Below are positions 1 to 9,278 of a stretch of DNA of 64,000 nt, in pieces (the first letter of the stretch is position 1; each line of letters begins with the position of its first letter). The stretch is from the NCBI GenBank assembly GCA_034429855.1, contig DAOUFT010000073.1, positions 4,961 through 68,960 on the forward strand. Reading direction: 5' to 3'. The notes beneath the pieces were generated by a model that was not told the DNA's origin, ran no database searches, and saw nothing but the letters and a program-made list of their open reading frames with translations. Origin of the DNA: Dehalococcoidia bacterium (GTDB lineage Bacteria; Chloroflexota; Dehalococcoidia; GIF9; UBA5629). The position numbers were made by a program, and so were the translations under genes.

Positions 1-164
1 TCTGCGCTCTCAAAAAGCTGTCTATATTGACTCTCGGAACATCTCAGCTCTTGCTCTATTACTTTGAATTCACTCTCCAGCTTTTTAAGTTTGCGTACCT
101 GCTCACGCAGTTGCGCCAGCTCTTCAGTCAACTGTTTTTTGGTTTTGGCCTCTTCTCCCGGCAT
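1..164 (-). CDS. 5' fragment of a minus-strand gene; ATG at 164-162 preceded by AGGGAGG. Translation MPGEEAKTKKQLTEELAQLREQVRKLKKLESEF... is coiled-coil-like and runs off the window edge.
   Basis: Read by hand from the reverse complement, which has an SD-like AGGGAGG 7 nt upstream of the ATG. The plus-strand track ORF 27..212 is its antisense shadow. Confidence 0.35.
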   Translation of the reverse strand, partial: MPGEEAKTKKQLTEELAQLREQVRKLKKLESEFKVIEQELRCSESQYRQLFESA

Positions 165-262
165 GTATGCCTCCCTGATTTCTTATACGCTAATCTATTG
201 CGATGTATATAAGATACTTTACTAAACCGCTTGCAATTTCAATTTAGTATTTATTAGGTTCT

Positions 263-283
263 TTGTCAATTTTGCTGTATAAT
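263..283 (+). promoter_or_regulatory. Candidate sigma70-like elements (TTGTCA ... TATAAT) upstream of the helicase gene
   Basis: TTGTCA at 263-268 and TATAAT at 278-283 in an AT-rich leader. Spacing is non-canonical at 9 nt, so the call is weak. Confidence 0.15.
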
Positions 284-395
284 GAGGCCATAGTTCAAGT
301 TCAGGTTATTACAAGCTTATTATAACCATTCCGAATTATCACAAGCACTGGATGGCCCGAACCCCGCTAAGTAAACTTATATATGAGGTCATTCA

Positions 396-1613
396 TTGAA
401 TTTCGAAGATTTCAACCTTCATCCGGATATCTTGCGTGGTATTGAGGCACAGGGATATGCGGAACCTACCCCTATCCAGATTCAGGCTATCCCGCCAATC
501 ATGCGAGGCCGTGATATCATCGGCTTGGCTCAGACCGGCACGGGTAAAACTGCAGCCTTCCTGTTACCGGTAATGGACCGCCTGCTGAAACTGCCGCGCG
601 GTCGCATCGCTGCTGCTGTCATATCCCCTACCCGTGAATTGGCTGAACAGACCTGTGAGGCGTTCGATATGCTGGGGCAATACACCCCATTGAAAAGCAT
701 ATCTATTTACGGCGGCGTAGGTATGGAACAGCAGATCCGCAGGCTGCGTAGCGGCGTGGATATCATCGTGGCCTGCCCGGGACGCCTGCTGGATCATATC
801 TGGAAGAGCACTATTGACCTGTCCTTTGTTGAGATGCTGGTCATCGATGAGGCCGATCGTATGTTCGATATGGGATTCCTGCCCGATATCAGGAGCATAC
901 TCAGGTGCCTTATCAGGCCACGGCAGACCATGCTTTTCTCTGCCACCATGCCGCCCGATATTAGAAAGCTTGTGCAGGAAGCGCTGCGCATACCGGTTAC
1001 GGTTCAAATCGGTCATACAGCGCCGGCCGATACGGTGTCGCACAGTATCTATCCTGTGAAACAGCATCTCAAGTCTAAGCTGTTGACGGCAGTGCTGCGT
1101 AGCTTCGATACCGACTCGGTGTTGGTCTTCACCCGTACCAAACACCGCGCCGATCGTGTGGCTCAACAGCTCAAGAGGATGGGTTTTAAAGCTACTGCTC
1201 TGCATGGGGACCTGGCGCAAAACAGACGTCAGGCGGCATTGGATGATTTCCGTGACGGTTCGGTCAAGATACTTGTGGCCACCGATATCGCAGCCCGGGG
1301 AATTGATGTTCTGAGCATCTCACATGTTATCAATTTCGACATGCCTGAGAGCGTAGATGCATATACACATCGCATCGGGCGCACGGGACGTATCGATCAG
1401 AAGGGCGATGCGCTGACATTTGCGACCGACGCTGATGCCGCCCTGGTTAAAGAGATAGAAAGAGCGCTGAAAGCACCGCTGGAACGACGCAGGCTGCAGG
1501 GTTTTGATTATAATGCGCAGGCTCCATCGGTTACTTCAGATGGTGAGAGGCAAATTTCGGCATTAAGGAGAAGAAGACGACCACAACGTACCACGGGCGT
1601 GTCGAGGAAATAG
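396..1613 (+). CDS. DEAD-box ATP-dependent RNA helicase
   Basis: Motifs AQTGTGKT (motif I), PTRELA, VIDEADRMFDMGF (DEAD), LFSATMPP (SAT) and HRIGRTGR (motif VI), with a basic RRRRRP C-terminal tail. Confidence 0.9.
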   Translation: MNFEDFNLHPDILRGIEAQGYAEPTPIQIQAIPPIMRGRDIIGLAQTGTGKTAAFLLPVMDRLLKLPRGRIAAAVISPTRELAEQTCEAFDMLGQYTPLKSISIYGGVGMEQQIRRLRSGVDIIVACPGRLLDHIWKSTIDLSFVEMLVIDEADRMFDMGFLPDIRSILRCLIRPRQTMLFSATMPPDIRKLVQEALRIPVTVQIGHTAPADTVSHSIYPVKQHLKSKLLTAVLRSFDTDSVLVFTRTKHRADRVAQQLKRMGFKATALHGDLAQNRRQAALDDFRDGSVKILVATDIAARGIDVLSISHVINFDMPESVDAYTHRIGRTGRIDQKGDALTFATDADAALVKEIERALKAPLERRRLQGFDYNAQAPSVTSDGERQISALRRRRRPQRTTGVSRK

Positions 1614-1616
1614 TGG

Positions 1617-2210
1617 TTATTTCTTGCGCCTGCCCATGATACCGTAGAGCATTATATCCAGTACGGCCGAGTATATATGTCCCACCGACTTGCCGTGCGA
1701 TAGAACCAGGGGGCTCTCGGCAACGTATAGCGTTGCTTCTGAAAGTATCGTCTGCACAAGGTTCCAGTCTGTCTCAGAAGGAGTGATCAGCCCGTCCCGC
1801 TTGGCTGCGTTAAATACACGTCTGTATATCCCACGGATCGAGGCAAGACGGGCCAGCTGGTATTCCGCAAATATATCCGGGTATAGCTGTTTGAGCTCGA
1901 GGATGCGTGCGGAAATATCCCCCTTGGGCATTGAAGACACCGCCTCTTTAATTAAAGTGGCGGATTTCTCTGTATCGTAGTATCTGTGTTTGTCCATGCT
2001 GGCCAGCGCCTCGTTAAGCACATTTACCATGTGCAGAATGCTGGCTCTTATCAGGTGCCGCTTGTCTTTAAAATAGCGGTATACAGTAGCTCGTGTCAGC
2101 CCGCAGCGTTCTGCAACGTCCTCGATAGTAGTTTTTTTTATGCCGTGAGCAAGGATAACGTACAGGGCGGCCTCGACGATCTTCTCTTCAGTCTGGTTGT
2201 ACTCAGACAT
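1617..2210 (-). CDS. TetR/AcrR family transcriptional regulator
   Basis: N-terminal HTH TTIEDVAERCGLTRATVYRYFKDKRHL. Length is 197 aa. Confidence 0.8.
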   Translation of the reverse strand: MSEYNQTEEKIVEAALYVILAHGIKKTTIEDVAERCGLTRATVYRYFKDKRHLIRASILHMVNVLNEALASMDKHRYYDTEKSATLIKEAVSSMPKGDISARILELKQLYPDIFAEYQLARLASIRGIYRRVFNAAKRDGLITPSETDWNLVQTILSEATLYVAESPLVLSHGKSVGHIYSAVLDIMLYGIMGRRKK

Positions 2211-2269
2211 GATATGATATTAACATACCTTGTTATATTTGACTACTGATTATATTGGAGGTAACTGTT

Positions 2270-2647
2270 TTGCAAAAAAAGTGTATAGATAATGATTTCC
2301 TGCTAAAGGCCGGACCTTATTCGCATATGGTTGAAGCCGGTGGGTTCCTTTTTTTAACCGGTATCGATCCAATAGACCTGGAGAAGGGACTGATAATCAC
2401 GGATGATATAGCTAAAGCCACCGAAGTCGTGATGGAGAACATGAAACGGTCTCTTGAGTCGGTAGGAAGCAGTATGGCGAAGGTGGTTAAAGTGAACGTT
2501 TTCCTGCGCGATATGGGTGATTTCGCCAGGCTAAATGAGGTCTATGCCAGGTATTTTCCCGAGCAGCCGCCGGCCCGCACTTGCGTAGCCGTGAAAGAAG
2601 TGCCCGGTAATTTTCAGCTAAAGGTAGAGGCTATCGCTATCAAATAG
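2270..2647 (+). CDS. ridA: RidA/YjgF/TdcF family reactive-intermediate deaminase
   Basis: AGPYSHMVEAGGFLFLTGIDP ... VKVNVFLRDMGDFARLNEVYARYF ... ARTCVAVKEVP. The likely start is TTG at 2270, preceded by GGAGGT 7 nt upstream. The track ORF begins at the in-frame TTG 2255. Confidence 0.75.
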   Translation: MQKKCIDNDFLLKAGPYSHMVEAGGFLFLTGIDPIDLEKGLIITDDIAKATEVVMENMKRSLESVGSSMAKVVKVNVFLRDMGDFARLNEVYARYFPEQPPARTCVAVKEVPGNFQLKVEAIAIK

Positions 2648-3941
2648 CCGATTTCTGCATTTGATTAAAGACCTTGCGCGCCGCCTTTACCGTAGCGACG
2701 ATGTCAGACCGTCTGTGGGCCAGCGAGATGAACGACGCCTCGAACTGGGAGGGCGGCCAGTAGATACCTTGTTCCAGCATGCCTCTGAAAAAGCGGGCGA
2801 AGACGGCTGTGTCACAGCTCAGTGCAGAGGCATAATCGTTAATGACCTGCTGGCTGAAGAATACCGTGAGCAGAGACCCCTGTCGTGCTATCGACAAAGG
2901 CAGGCAGCAGTCGCAGGCTGCGGCAGCCAGTCCTTCCTGCAGAAACTCTCCCCTTTCCTCCAGCTGCTCGTAAACGAATCGGTCATTCAGTATCTCGAGC
3001 GTAGAGATACCTGCGGTCATGGCCAGCGGGTTACCGGAAAGCGTGCCTGCCTGGTACACTTTACCTGATGGCGCTACCATTCGCATGATGTCCCGGCGTC
3101 CCCCGTAGGCGCCCACCGGCAGGCCTCCACCTATTACCTTTCCCAGACAGGTGAGATCCGGCTTTATCCCGTAAAGCTCCTGGGCACCGCCGTAGGCCAC
3201 CCTGAACCCTGTAATAACCTCATCGAAGATGAGCAATGCGCCGTGTTCCCTGGTCAAATGATGCAGGCCACTTAGAAATCCCCTGGCCGGATGTACCACT
3301 CCCATATTGGCGGCGATCGGCTCAACAATAACTGCTGCGATGCCGGCAGGATATCTGGCGAACAGCCGTCGCACCGAGTTGAGATCATTATAAGCGGCCA
3401 CCAGCGTATCCCGGGCTGTGGATGACGTCACGCCGGGGCAATCCGGTATTCCCAGTGTGGCCATGCCCGAACCACCGCTGACCAGCAGGCTATCGCAGTG
3501 CCCCGGGTAGCAGCCGGAGAACTTGATGATCCTGTCCCTGCCGGTGAATGCCCGTGCCAGCCGAATGGCGCTCATAGCCGCTTCTGTTCCGGAGCTGACG
3601 AAACGAATCATCTCCATGGAAGGCATAGCATCACATATCATCGCGGCCAGCCTGGTCTCCAGCTCCGTGACGGTGCCGAAGCTGGTGCCCCTGTCTGCCG
3701 CGTTTTTCAGCGCGTTTACCACGCGCCGGTCGGCATGTCCCAGAATGAGGGGACCCCAGGAGCAGACGTAATCAATGTAGGTATTGCCGTCTGCATCCTT
3801 GATTTTCGATCCGTTGCCCTCAACTATGAAGCGCGGTGTGCCTCCCACCGCCCCGAAGGCCCTGACCGGGCTGTCTACTCCCCCCGGCAGATAACGCCGG
3901 GCATCTTGGAACAGGCGCTGGGAAGTTGTCGTTGTTTGCAT
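2640..3941 (-). CDS. hemL: Glutamate-1-semialdehyde 2,1-aminomutase
   Basis: MQTTTTSQRLFQDARRYLPGGVDSPVRAF ... FDEVITGFRVAYGGAQELYGIKPDLTCLGKVIGGG. The ATG was confirmed at 3941 (cat 3939-3941). The 501-aa track ORF is an upstream in-frame extension. Confidence 0.9.
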   Translation of the reverse strand: MQTTTTSQRLFQDARRYLPGGVDSPVRAFGAVGGTPRFIVEGNGSKIKDADGNTYIDYVCSWGPLILGHADRRVVNALKNAADRGTSFGTVTELETRLAAMICDAMPSMEMIRFVSSGTEAAMSAIRLARAFTGRDRIIKFSGCYPGHCDSLLVSGGSGMATLGIPDCPGVTSSTARDTLVAAYNDLNSVRRLFARYPAGIAAVIVEPIAANMGVVHPARGFLSGLHHLTREHGALLIFDEVITGFRVAYGGAQELYGIKPDLTCLGKVIGGGLPVGAYGGRRDIMRMVAPSGKVYQAGTLSGNPLAMTAGISTLEILNDRFVYEQLEERGEFLQEGLAAAACDCCLPLSIARQGSLLTVFFSQQVINDYASALSCDTAVFARFFRGMLEQGIYWPPSQFEASFISLAHRRSDIVATVKAARKVFNQMQKSAI

Positions 3942-3942
3942 C

Positions 3943-4929
3943 TTACCGCACCTGCCCGCCAAGCCAGGCGGCTGCCTCTTTGGCGTGATAACTGATGATA
4001 ATGTCAGCCCCCGCCCTTTTAATGGCGCCCAGTATCTCCAGCGTGACCTTTTGCCCATCGATCCAGCCGCGTGCTGCAGCCGCCTTGACCATAGCATACT
4101 CTCCACTGACGTTATAGGCTGCCAGCGGATAATTGAAGCTGTCACGTGCCCGCCGTATCACGTCTAGGTATGCCAGAGCCGGCTTGACCATAACTATATC
4201 GGCGCCCTCACTGATATCCTCTTCTATCTCTCTCAGAGCCTCGCGCGTGTTGGGTGGATCCATCTGGTACGACTTACGGTCGCCGAACTGGGGAGCAGAG
4301 CCTGCCGCCTCTCTGAAAGGCCCGTAGAAGGCGGAAGCGTACTTGGCCGCGTATGATAGAATGGGTATGTGGCTGAAGCCGTTGTTATCCAGCATCTTTC
4401 TGATCGCCATCACCCTCCCGTCCATCATGTCCGACGGTGCAACCATATCCGCGCCTGATGAGGCGTGCGAAAGGGCAATAGCGCTTAGCAGAGGAAGCGT
4501 GCTGTCGTTATCGACCTCTCCGTCGACTATCAGACCGCAGTGCCCGTGATCGGTGTATTCACATAGACAGATATCGGTGATAACTATCAGCTGCGGGGCT
4601 GTCTTCTTAATGGCCCGCACTGCTCGCTGGATGACGCCCTCAGGGTCAAGGGCAGCCGATCCTCTCTCATCCTTTCGGTTCACAACGCCGAAGAGCAGTA
4701 CCGCGGGCAATTTGAGCTCGACCAGCTCATCTATCTCCGCAGCAAGCTTATCTACCGAGAAATGATAAATGCCGGGCATGGCATCTATCTCCCTCTTGAT
4801 TCCTCTACCTTCGATAACGAAAAGGGGAAAGACCAGATCGCCGGGATCCAGATGGCTTTCCCTTACTAGCGATCTCAACGCAGCGCTCTTTCTCAGCCGT
4901 CGCATACGTAATTCCGGATATATGGACAT
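3943..4929 (-). CDS. hemB: Porphobilinogen synthase (delta-aminolevulinate dehydratase)
   Basis: MSIYPELRMRRLRKSAALRSLVRE ... active-site region ... SYHAKEAA typical of ALAD. Position is between hemD and hemL. Confidence 0.9.
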   Translation of the reverse strand: MSIYPELRMRRLRKSAALRSLVRESHLDPGDLVFPLFVIEGRGIKREIDAMPGIYHFSVDKLAAEIDELVELKLPAVLLFGVVNRKDERGSAALDPEGVIQRAVRAIKKTAPQLIVITDICLCEYTDHGHCGLIVDGEVDNDSTLPLLSAIALSHASSGADMVAPSDMMDGRVMAIRKMLDNNGFSHIPILSYAAKYASAFYGPFREAAGSAPQFGDRKSYQMDPPNTREALREIEEDISEGADIVMVKPALAYLDVIRRARDSFNYPLAAYNVSGEYAMVKAAAARGWIDGQKVTLEILGAIKRAGADIIISYHAKEAAAWLGGQVR

Positions 4930-6456
4930 TCAGGCCTCCTTGCGGAAGTATCCTTCCATAGCTTCGATCAATCCCATCATCGTCTGCTCCCTGGCGATTA
5001 TGTGCACCCGCAGCCCCGCTCTTTGGGCTGTCTCAGCGGTCTTGGGACCGATACAGGCTATTTTTGTTGTTATTTGCCTGATCTCTTTGTTGCTCAGACC
5101 TGCCAGCAGGTTGGTCACTGTCGATGAACTCGTGAAAGTGATTACATCAAGATTGCCCGGTTGCAGCAGGTCTTTCAGCCTTGCCATATTGCGGCGGGGT
5201 CTTACCGTATGATAAACGGCGACCTCGTCCACACGGATACCCAGCTTCATTAATCCCTTTGTGATCTCATCGTCCGCTATATCGGCGCGGGGCAGCAGGA
5301 AGCGTTTTCCCTTTATCGCCATCTTTTTCAGGTCTTTGAGAAATCCTTCACCAGTGTGTACTGCGGGAACATAGTCCGCCGTGAGACCGTATGCATTGAG
5401 AGCCCTCGCCGTCATGGGACCGATGGCGCCTATAGTCAGTCCGGCCAGCGAACGGGAATCCATCTGCATCTCATGCATGCGCTGGAAGAAAGCCTGAACA
5501 CCGTTGGCGCTGGTAAAGGCCAGCCAGTCATACTCGTTCAAATGGTTGATACACCCGTCCAATTTTTGTGTTGATCTGATGGGTTGTATTTCGATGGAGG
5601 AGAAACGCACGGGCTGTGCGCCGCGCTGTATGAGCAGTTTTTCCAGCCCGCCGGCCTGGCTGCCTGCACGTGTGACCAGCACACGTTTGCCGAAAAGGGG
5701 GAAGGTCTCGAACCAGATCAGTCGTCGCCGCATCTCCACTACACGGCCGATGACTATAACGGCCGGCGCGGTCATATCGGCCTCGGCTGCTTTCTGCGCG
5801 ATATTCTTTAAAGTGCCGGTAACTGTGAATTGTGTCGGCAATGTGCCGTCTCTGATTATAGCCACACAGGTGCGAGGGCTCATACCGTGCTTTAAGAGAA
5901 GTGTCGTTATGGCTTGCAGATTTTGCATGCCCATCAGTATTACTATCGTGCCGCCCAATTTGGCCAGAATATCCCAGCGGATGTGGGAACCTCGCTTGGT
6001 CAGATCCTCATGACCGGTTAGTATTATCAGTGAGGATGCCAGTCCCCGCTGGGTAACGGGGATCCCAGCATAGGCAGGCACCGCCGTCGCCGAAGTTACG
6101 CCGGGCACGACTTCGTAGGGTATATCGGCGTCCCTGAGTGCTACGGCCTCTTCTCCTCCTCTGCCCAGAATGTAGGGGTCGCCGCCTTTGAGGCGTACTA
6201 CCGTCTTTCCGCAGCGGGCCAGGCTGACCAGTAGCTGGTTGATTTCATGCTGCTCGACATGGTGGCTTCCACCACTTTTGCCTACGTAAATTTTATCAGC
6301 CGAGGCAGGCGCATGGTTGAGAATGATATCGCTGATCAGGTGATCATAAACGACTACGTCGGCAGCGGCCATGCATTCACTACCCTTGAGTGTGAACAGC
6401 CCCGGATCTCCCGGGCCGGCGCCGACCAGGAAGACATTCCCTTTTTTTAGCGGCAT
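4930..6456 (-). CDS. Bifunctional uroporphyrinogen-III C-methyltransferase / uroporphyrinogen-III synthase (CobA-HemD fusion)
   Basis: The N-terminal half is SUMT (VFLVGAGPGDPGLFTLKG ... VVRLKGGDPYILGRGGEE). The C-terminal half (about 250 aa) is HemD-like. Length is 508 aa. Confidence 0.85.
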   Translation of the reverse strand: MPLKKGNVFLVGAGPGDPGLFTLKGSECMAAADVVVYDHLISDIILNHAPASADKIYVGKSGGSHHVEQHEINQLLVSLARCGKTVVRLKGGDPYILGRGGEEAVALRDADIPYEVVPGVTSATAVPAYAGIPVTQRGLASSLIILTGHEDLTKRGSHIRWDILAKLGGTIVILMGMQNLQAITTLLLKHGMSPRTCVAIIRDGTLPTQFTVTGTLKNIAQKAAEADMTAPAVIVIGRVVEMRRRLIWFETFPLFGKRVLVTRAGSQAGGLEKLLIQRGAQPVRFSSIEIQPIRSTQKLDGCINHLNEYDWLAFTSANGVQAFFQRMHEMQMDSRSLAGLTIGAIGPMTARALNAYGLTADYVPAVHTGEGFLKDLKKMAIKGKRFLLPRADIADDEITKGLMKLGIRVDEVAVYHTVRPRRNMARLKDLLQPGNLDVITFTSSSTVTNLLAGLSNKEIRQITTKIACIGPKTAETAQRAGLRVHIIAREQTMMGLIEAMEGYFRKEA

Positions 6457-7367
6457 CTCGCATCCTTGATCAGGCCGGCGGCGCCCGCCTTTAACATGCG
6501 TCGCGCAAGTTCTGCCCCGACTTCCTGCGGCTGATTTGCCGGACCTTTATAAGAGTCTCTCAATATAACATCCCCTTCCCTGTTAGACACCATGGCATTA
6601 ATGTTCAAATTATTGTTGCAAACCGTGGCCAACGCCGCTACAGGCGCCCGGCAGCCACCTTCCAGCATGTGCAGAAATTGGCGTTCGGCGGTTATGGCCT
6701 GCCATGTGGGTAAATGGTTGATCTGTTTGACGATCTCCTTAACCGCACTGTCACCCTCTCTGGCCTCAATAGCCAGTGCGCCCTGACCGATGGCTGGCAG
6801 GCATAATTCAGGGGAAAGATAATTGGTGATTCTGTCACTCCAGCCAAGCCGCAGCAGCGCTGCTGCGGCTACGATCACGCCTTCCAGTTGTCCGGAACTG
6901 ACACGCCGCAGGCGGCTGTCCACATTCCCCCGGATATTGCAGATCTCCAGATCAGGCCGGATGTGTTTGAGCTGCACTGCGCGGCGCAGGCTGCCTGTGC
7001 CTATTCTGGCGCCGGCCGCCAAGTCATTAAGCGGCGAACAGGCAACGAGCGCATCGCGGGGATCCAGCCGTTTTGTCACGGCAGCCAGACACAGCTGCAA
7101 CGGCAGTGCGATTGGCAGATCCTTGAGGCTGTGTACGGCTATATCTATGCTGCAGTTTATAAGCTGTTCCTCCAGCGCTTTGACAAAGATACCCGTATCG
7201 CCGGCCATATCGATGCTGATGTTTCTGTTGCGGTCGCCCTCCGTCACGATCTTTCGTATCTCGATATCAATTTGGGGGTGCAAGTGTCTGATCTCACAGG
7301 CCACCGATTCCGTCTGTATCATGGCCAGTCTGCTGCCGCGTGAGCCGACCACAAGCTTGTTTTTCAC
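6447..7367 (-). CDS. hemC: Hydroxymethylbilane synthase (porphobilinogen deaminase)
   Basis: KLVVGSRGSRLAMIQT ... dipyrromethane cofactor region. The start is GTG, overlapping the hemA stop as GTGA. Confidence 0.9.
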   Translation of the reverse strand: MKNKLVVGSRGSRLAMIQTESVACEIRHLHPQIDIEIRKIVTEGDRNRNISIDMAGDTGIFVKALEEQLINCSIDIAVHSLKDLPIALPLQLCLAAVTKRLDPRDALVACSPLNDLAAGARIGTGSLRRAVQLKHIRPDLEICNIRGNVDSRLRRVSSGQLEGVIVAAAALLRLGWSDRITNYLSPELCLPAIGQGALAIEAREGDSAVKEIVKQINHLPTWQAITAERQFLHMLEGGCRAPVAALATVCNNNLNINAMVSNREGDVILRDSYKGPANQPQEVGAELARRMLKAGAAGLIKDARCR

Positions 7368-8620
7368 AGGTCCTTACCGTCTCTCAATCCGAATAAATGT
7401 TTGATCATTTCTATTCGTTCATCTCCACCGCCTGCTTTAAGGTAAAGTATTGGATCTCTCAGTATCTTGTTCACAATCGACTTCGTCAGCAGGTCGACCT
7501 GGATTTTATCATTTTCGGAAAGGGAGGCCATTTTTTTTAGGGAGTTTTGATACTGCGCAGAGCGTATCTTCTCTGCCCTGGCCATCAACGATTTTATGAC
7601 CGGGCGTGTGTTATATGACATCCACCATTTAATCAGTATATTTGTCTCTTCTTCTATGATCCTTTTAACGGACGTCACCTCAGATTCCCTCTCCTGACGG
7701 TGGTTCTCTGCCAGCTCACTAAGATCGTCGATATTGTAGAGATGTACGTTGTCGACGGTGCCGACCTCGGGCTCGACATTGCGCGGCAACGCGATATCTA
7801 TAATGACCAGTGGTGCTCGCGGCCTTGACCGCATCGCCTCGATGACCTGTACTGTGCGCAGCACAGGGTGGGGTGATGAAGCGCATGTGATAATTATGTC
7901 TGCGCTGCGCAGCTCTTCGGCCACTTTATCCGGGCTGATGGGACGTCCTCCGCAACTGCCCGTTATACCTATAGCGCGTTCCAGCGTTCTACTGACAACT
8001 GCTATATCGGTTGCGCCCCTGCTTAAGGCCACCCTCAGCGCAAGTCTGCCCGCCTCACCCGCTCCTATAATAACGATCTTGCATCGGCCGATGTTATTCA
8101 CGATATCCAGGGCTTTGTTAACTGCGATGGAACTGATGGATAACGGATTTCTGCTGATGCCGGTTTCATTGCGGGCCCTTCTGCCGGTGATGATAGCGCT
8201 TTCGAAGATGTGCCTCAAGGGAAGATTAAGTGTGCCGCATTTTTCTGCCGCTGCCAGTGCCTGACCTACCTGGCCCAGCACCTCGTACTCACCAATCACC
8301 ATGGAATCGAGGCCGCAGGAAACTTCGAAAAGATGTTCGATAGCGACCCTGTCGCTCATCACATATAGATATGAGGCGGCCCCGTCGGTTATTCCCATGG
8401 TTTTGCTCAGGAAATCGACACATGCTTGCTCCAGCTCAGCGGCCTGGCTGCCTAAGGTATATACCTCCGTACGATTGCATGTAGAAAGCAGGACACCGTG
8501 CTGCAAATCACGTCGTAAGAGATGCAGATATGCAGTCAGACCATCCGCAGTGAGGGCGGCTTTTTCACGAACCTCCAGCGGCGCCGTGCGGTGATTGACA
8601 CCGGCGAGGCTAACATGCAC
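7364..8620 (-). CDS. hemA: Glutamyl-tRNA reductase
   Basis: VNHRTAPLEVREK ... LSTCNRTEVY ... NAD-binding IIGAGEAG. The start is GTG at 8620, with GAAGGA about 9 nt upstream. Confidence 0.85.
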   Translation of the reverse strand: MHVSLAGVNHRTAPLEVREKAALTADGLTAYLHLLRRDLQHGVLLSTCNRTEVYTLGSQAAELEQACVDFLSKTMGITDGAASYLYVMSDRVAIEHLFEVSCGLDSMVIGEYEVLGQVGQALAAAEKCGTLNLPLRHIFESAIITGRRARNETGISRNPLSISSIAVNKALDIVNNIGRCKIVIIGAGEAGRLALRVALSRGATDIAVVSRTLERAIGITGSCGGRPISPDKVAEELRSADIIITCASSPHPVLRTVQVIEAMRSRPRAPLVIIDIALPRNVEPEVGTVDNVHLYNIDDLSELAENHRQERESEVTSVKRIIEEETNILIKWWMSYNTRPVIKSLMARAEKIRSAQYQNSLKKMASLSENDKIQVDLLTKSIVNKILRDPILYLKAGGGDERIEMIKHLFGLRDGKDL

Positions 8621-8641
8621 CGGTATATTCCTTCTGTGTGG

Positions 8642-9274
8642 TCATTTTGCACATTTCCTGAGTTTTTTAACTATTATTTCCCCGGCTTCTTCTCCTCGCC
8701 CTTTCCTGATAAGCGAAATCAGTCGATCTATATCAATGGTTCTTTGCCAGTCGCGGCTGCTGACCTTGAGCCCCTCTTTTCTAATGCGGTGGCGTACGTC
8801 CTCGATAATCGTGACCAGCGACGCATATTCCTTGCCGAATTCTTCTTCCAGCCTGTTGCGTATCTTGCGCGCCAGCGCGGGGCTTTTAGCGGAGGTTGAC
8901 ACCGCGATGGAAAGATCGCCTCTGCGCAGTATTGAAGGTACGATGAAATCGGATAGCGCAGGGTCGTCTACTACATTAACAGGCACCTTGCGTTTTCTGG
9001 CCTCCTCTGCTGCACTGAGGTTGATCTTATGATTACTCGTAGCGATGACTGCAACAGATATGCCCCTCATATCGCCGCCGCGATAAGGCCTGTTGATGGT
9101 TTTTATCCGTCCCTCCTCCGCAAGCCGGCGCAGGCCGGCACAAAGCCTGGGGCTGACAACGGTCACCTTGGCGCCGTGTTCCAGCAGCGAGGCAGCCTTA
9201 CGTAATGCGACCTGGCCGCCACCTGCGATAAGGCATTTCTTGTCCTGCATATTCAGGTATACCGGATAATACAT
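8642..9274 (-). CDS. sirC: Precorrin-2 dehydrogenase (possibly also sirohydrochlorin ferrochelatase; SirC/Met8/CysG N-domain type)
   Basis: Rossmann motif KKCLIAGGGQVALRKAASLLEHGAKVTVVSP. Length is 210 aa. Position is between hemA and the ahb genes. Confidence 0.75.
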   Translation of the reverse strand: MYYPVYLNMQDKKCLIAGGGQVALRKAASLLEHGAKVTVVSPRLCAGLRRLAEEGRIKTINRPYRGGDMRGISVAVIATSNHKINLSAAEEARKRKVPVNVVDDPALSDFIVPSILRRGDLSIAVSTSAKSPALARKIRNRLEEEFGKEYASLVTIIEDVRHRIRKEGLKVSSRDWQRTIDIDRLISLIRKGRGEEAGEIIVKKLRKCAK

Positions 9275-9278
9275 CGTT

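Noticed and set aside
27-212. Track ORF (61 aa, plus strand) at the window start
   Set aside because: It is low-complexity and Leu-rich, and it lies exactly antisense to a better minus-strand coding start with a strong RBS at 164. I treat it as a shadow ORF.
564-1220. Nested ORFs, antisense or in alternative frames, inside the DEAD-box helicase, dsr, carboxylase and other large genes (many entries in the track)
   Set aside because: They are embedded in high-confidence coding regions on the other strand or frame. They have no motifs and are GC-skew artefacts typical of ~55% GC DNA.
2211-2254. Candidate TetR operator in the TetR/RidA divergent promoter
   Set aside because: Only short direct repeats (TTATATT x2) and an imperfect inverted repeat are present. 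Nothing is comparable to the perfect palindrome upstream of the other TetR gene.
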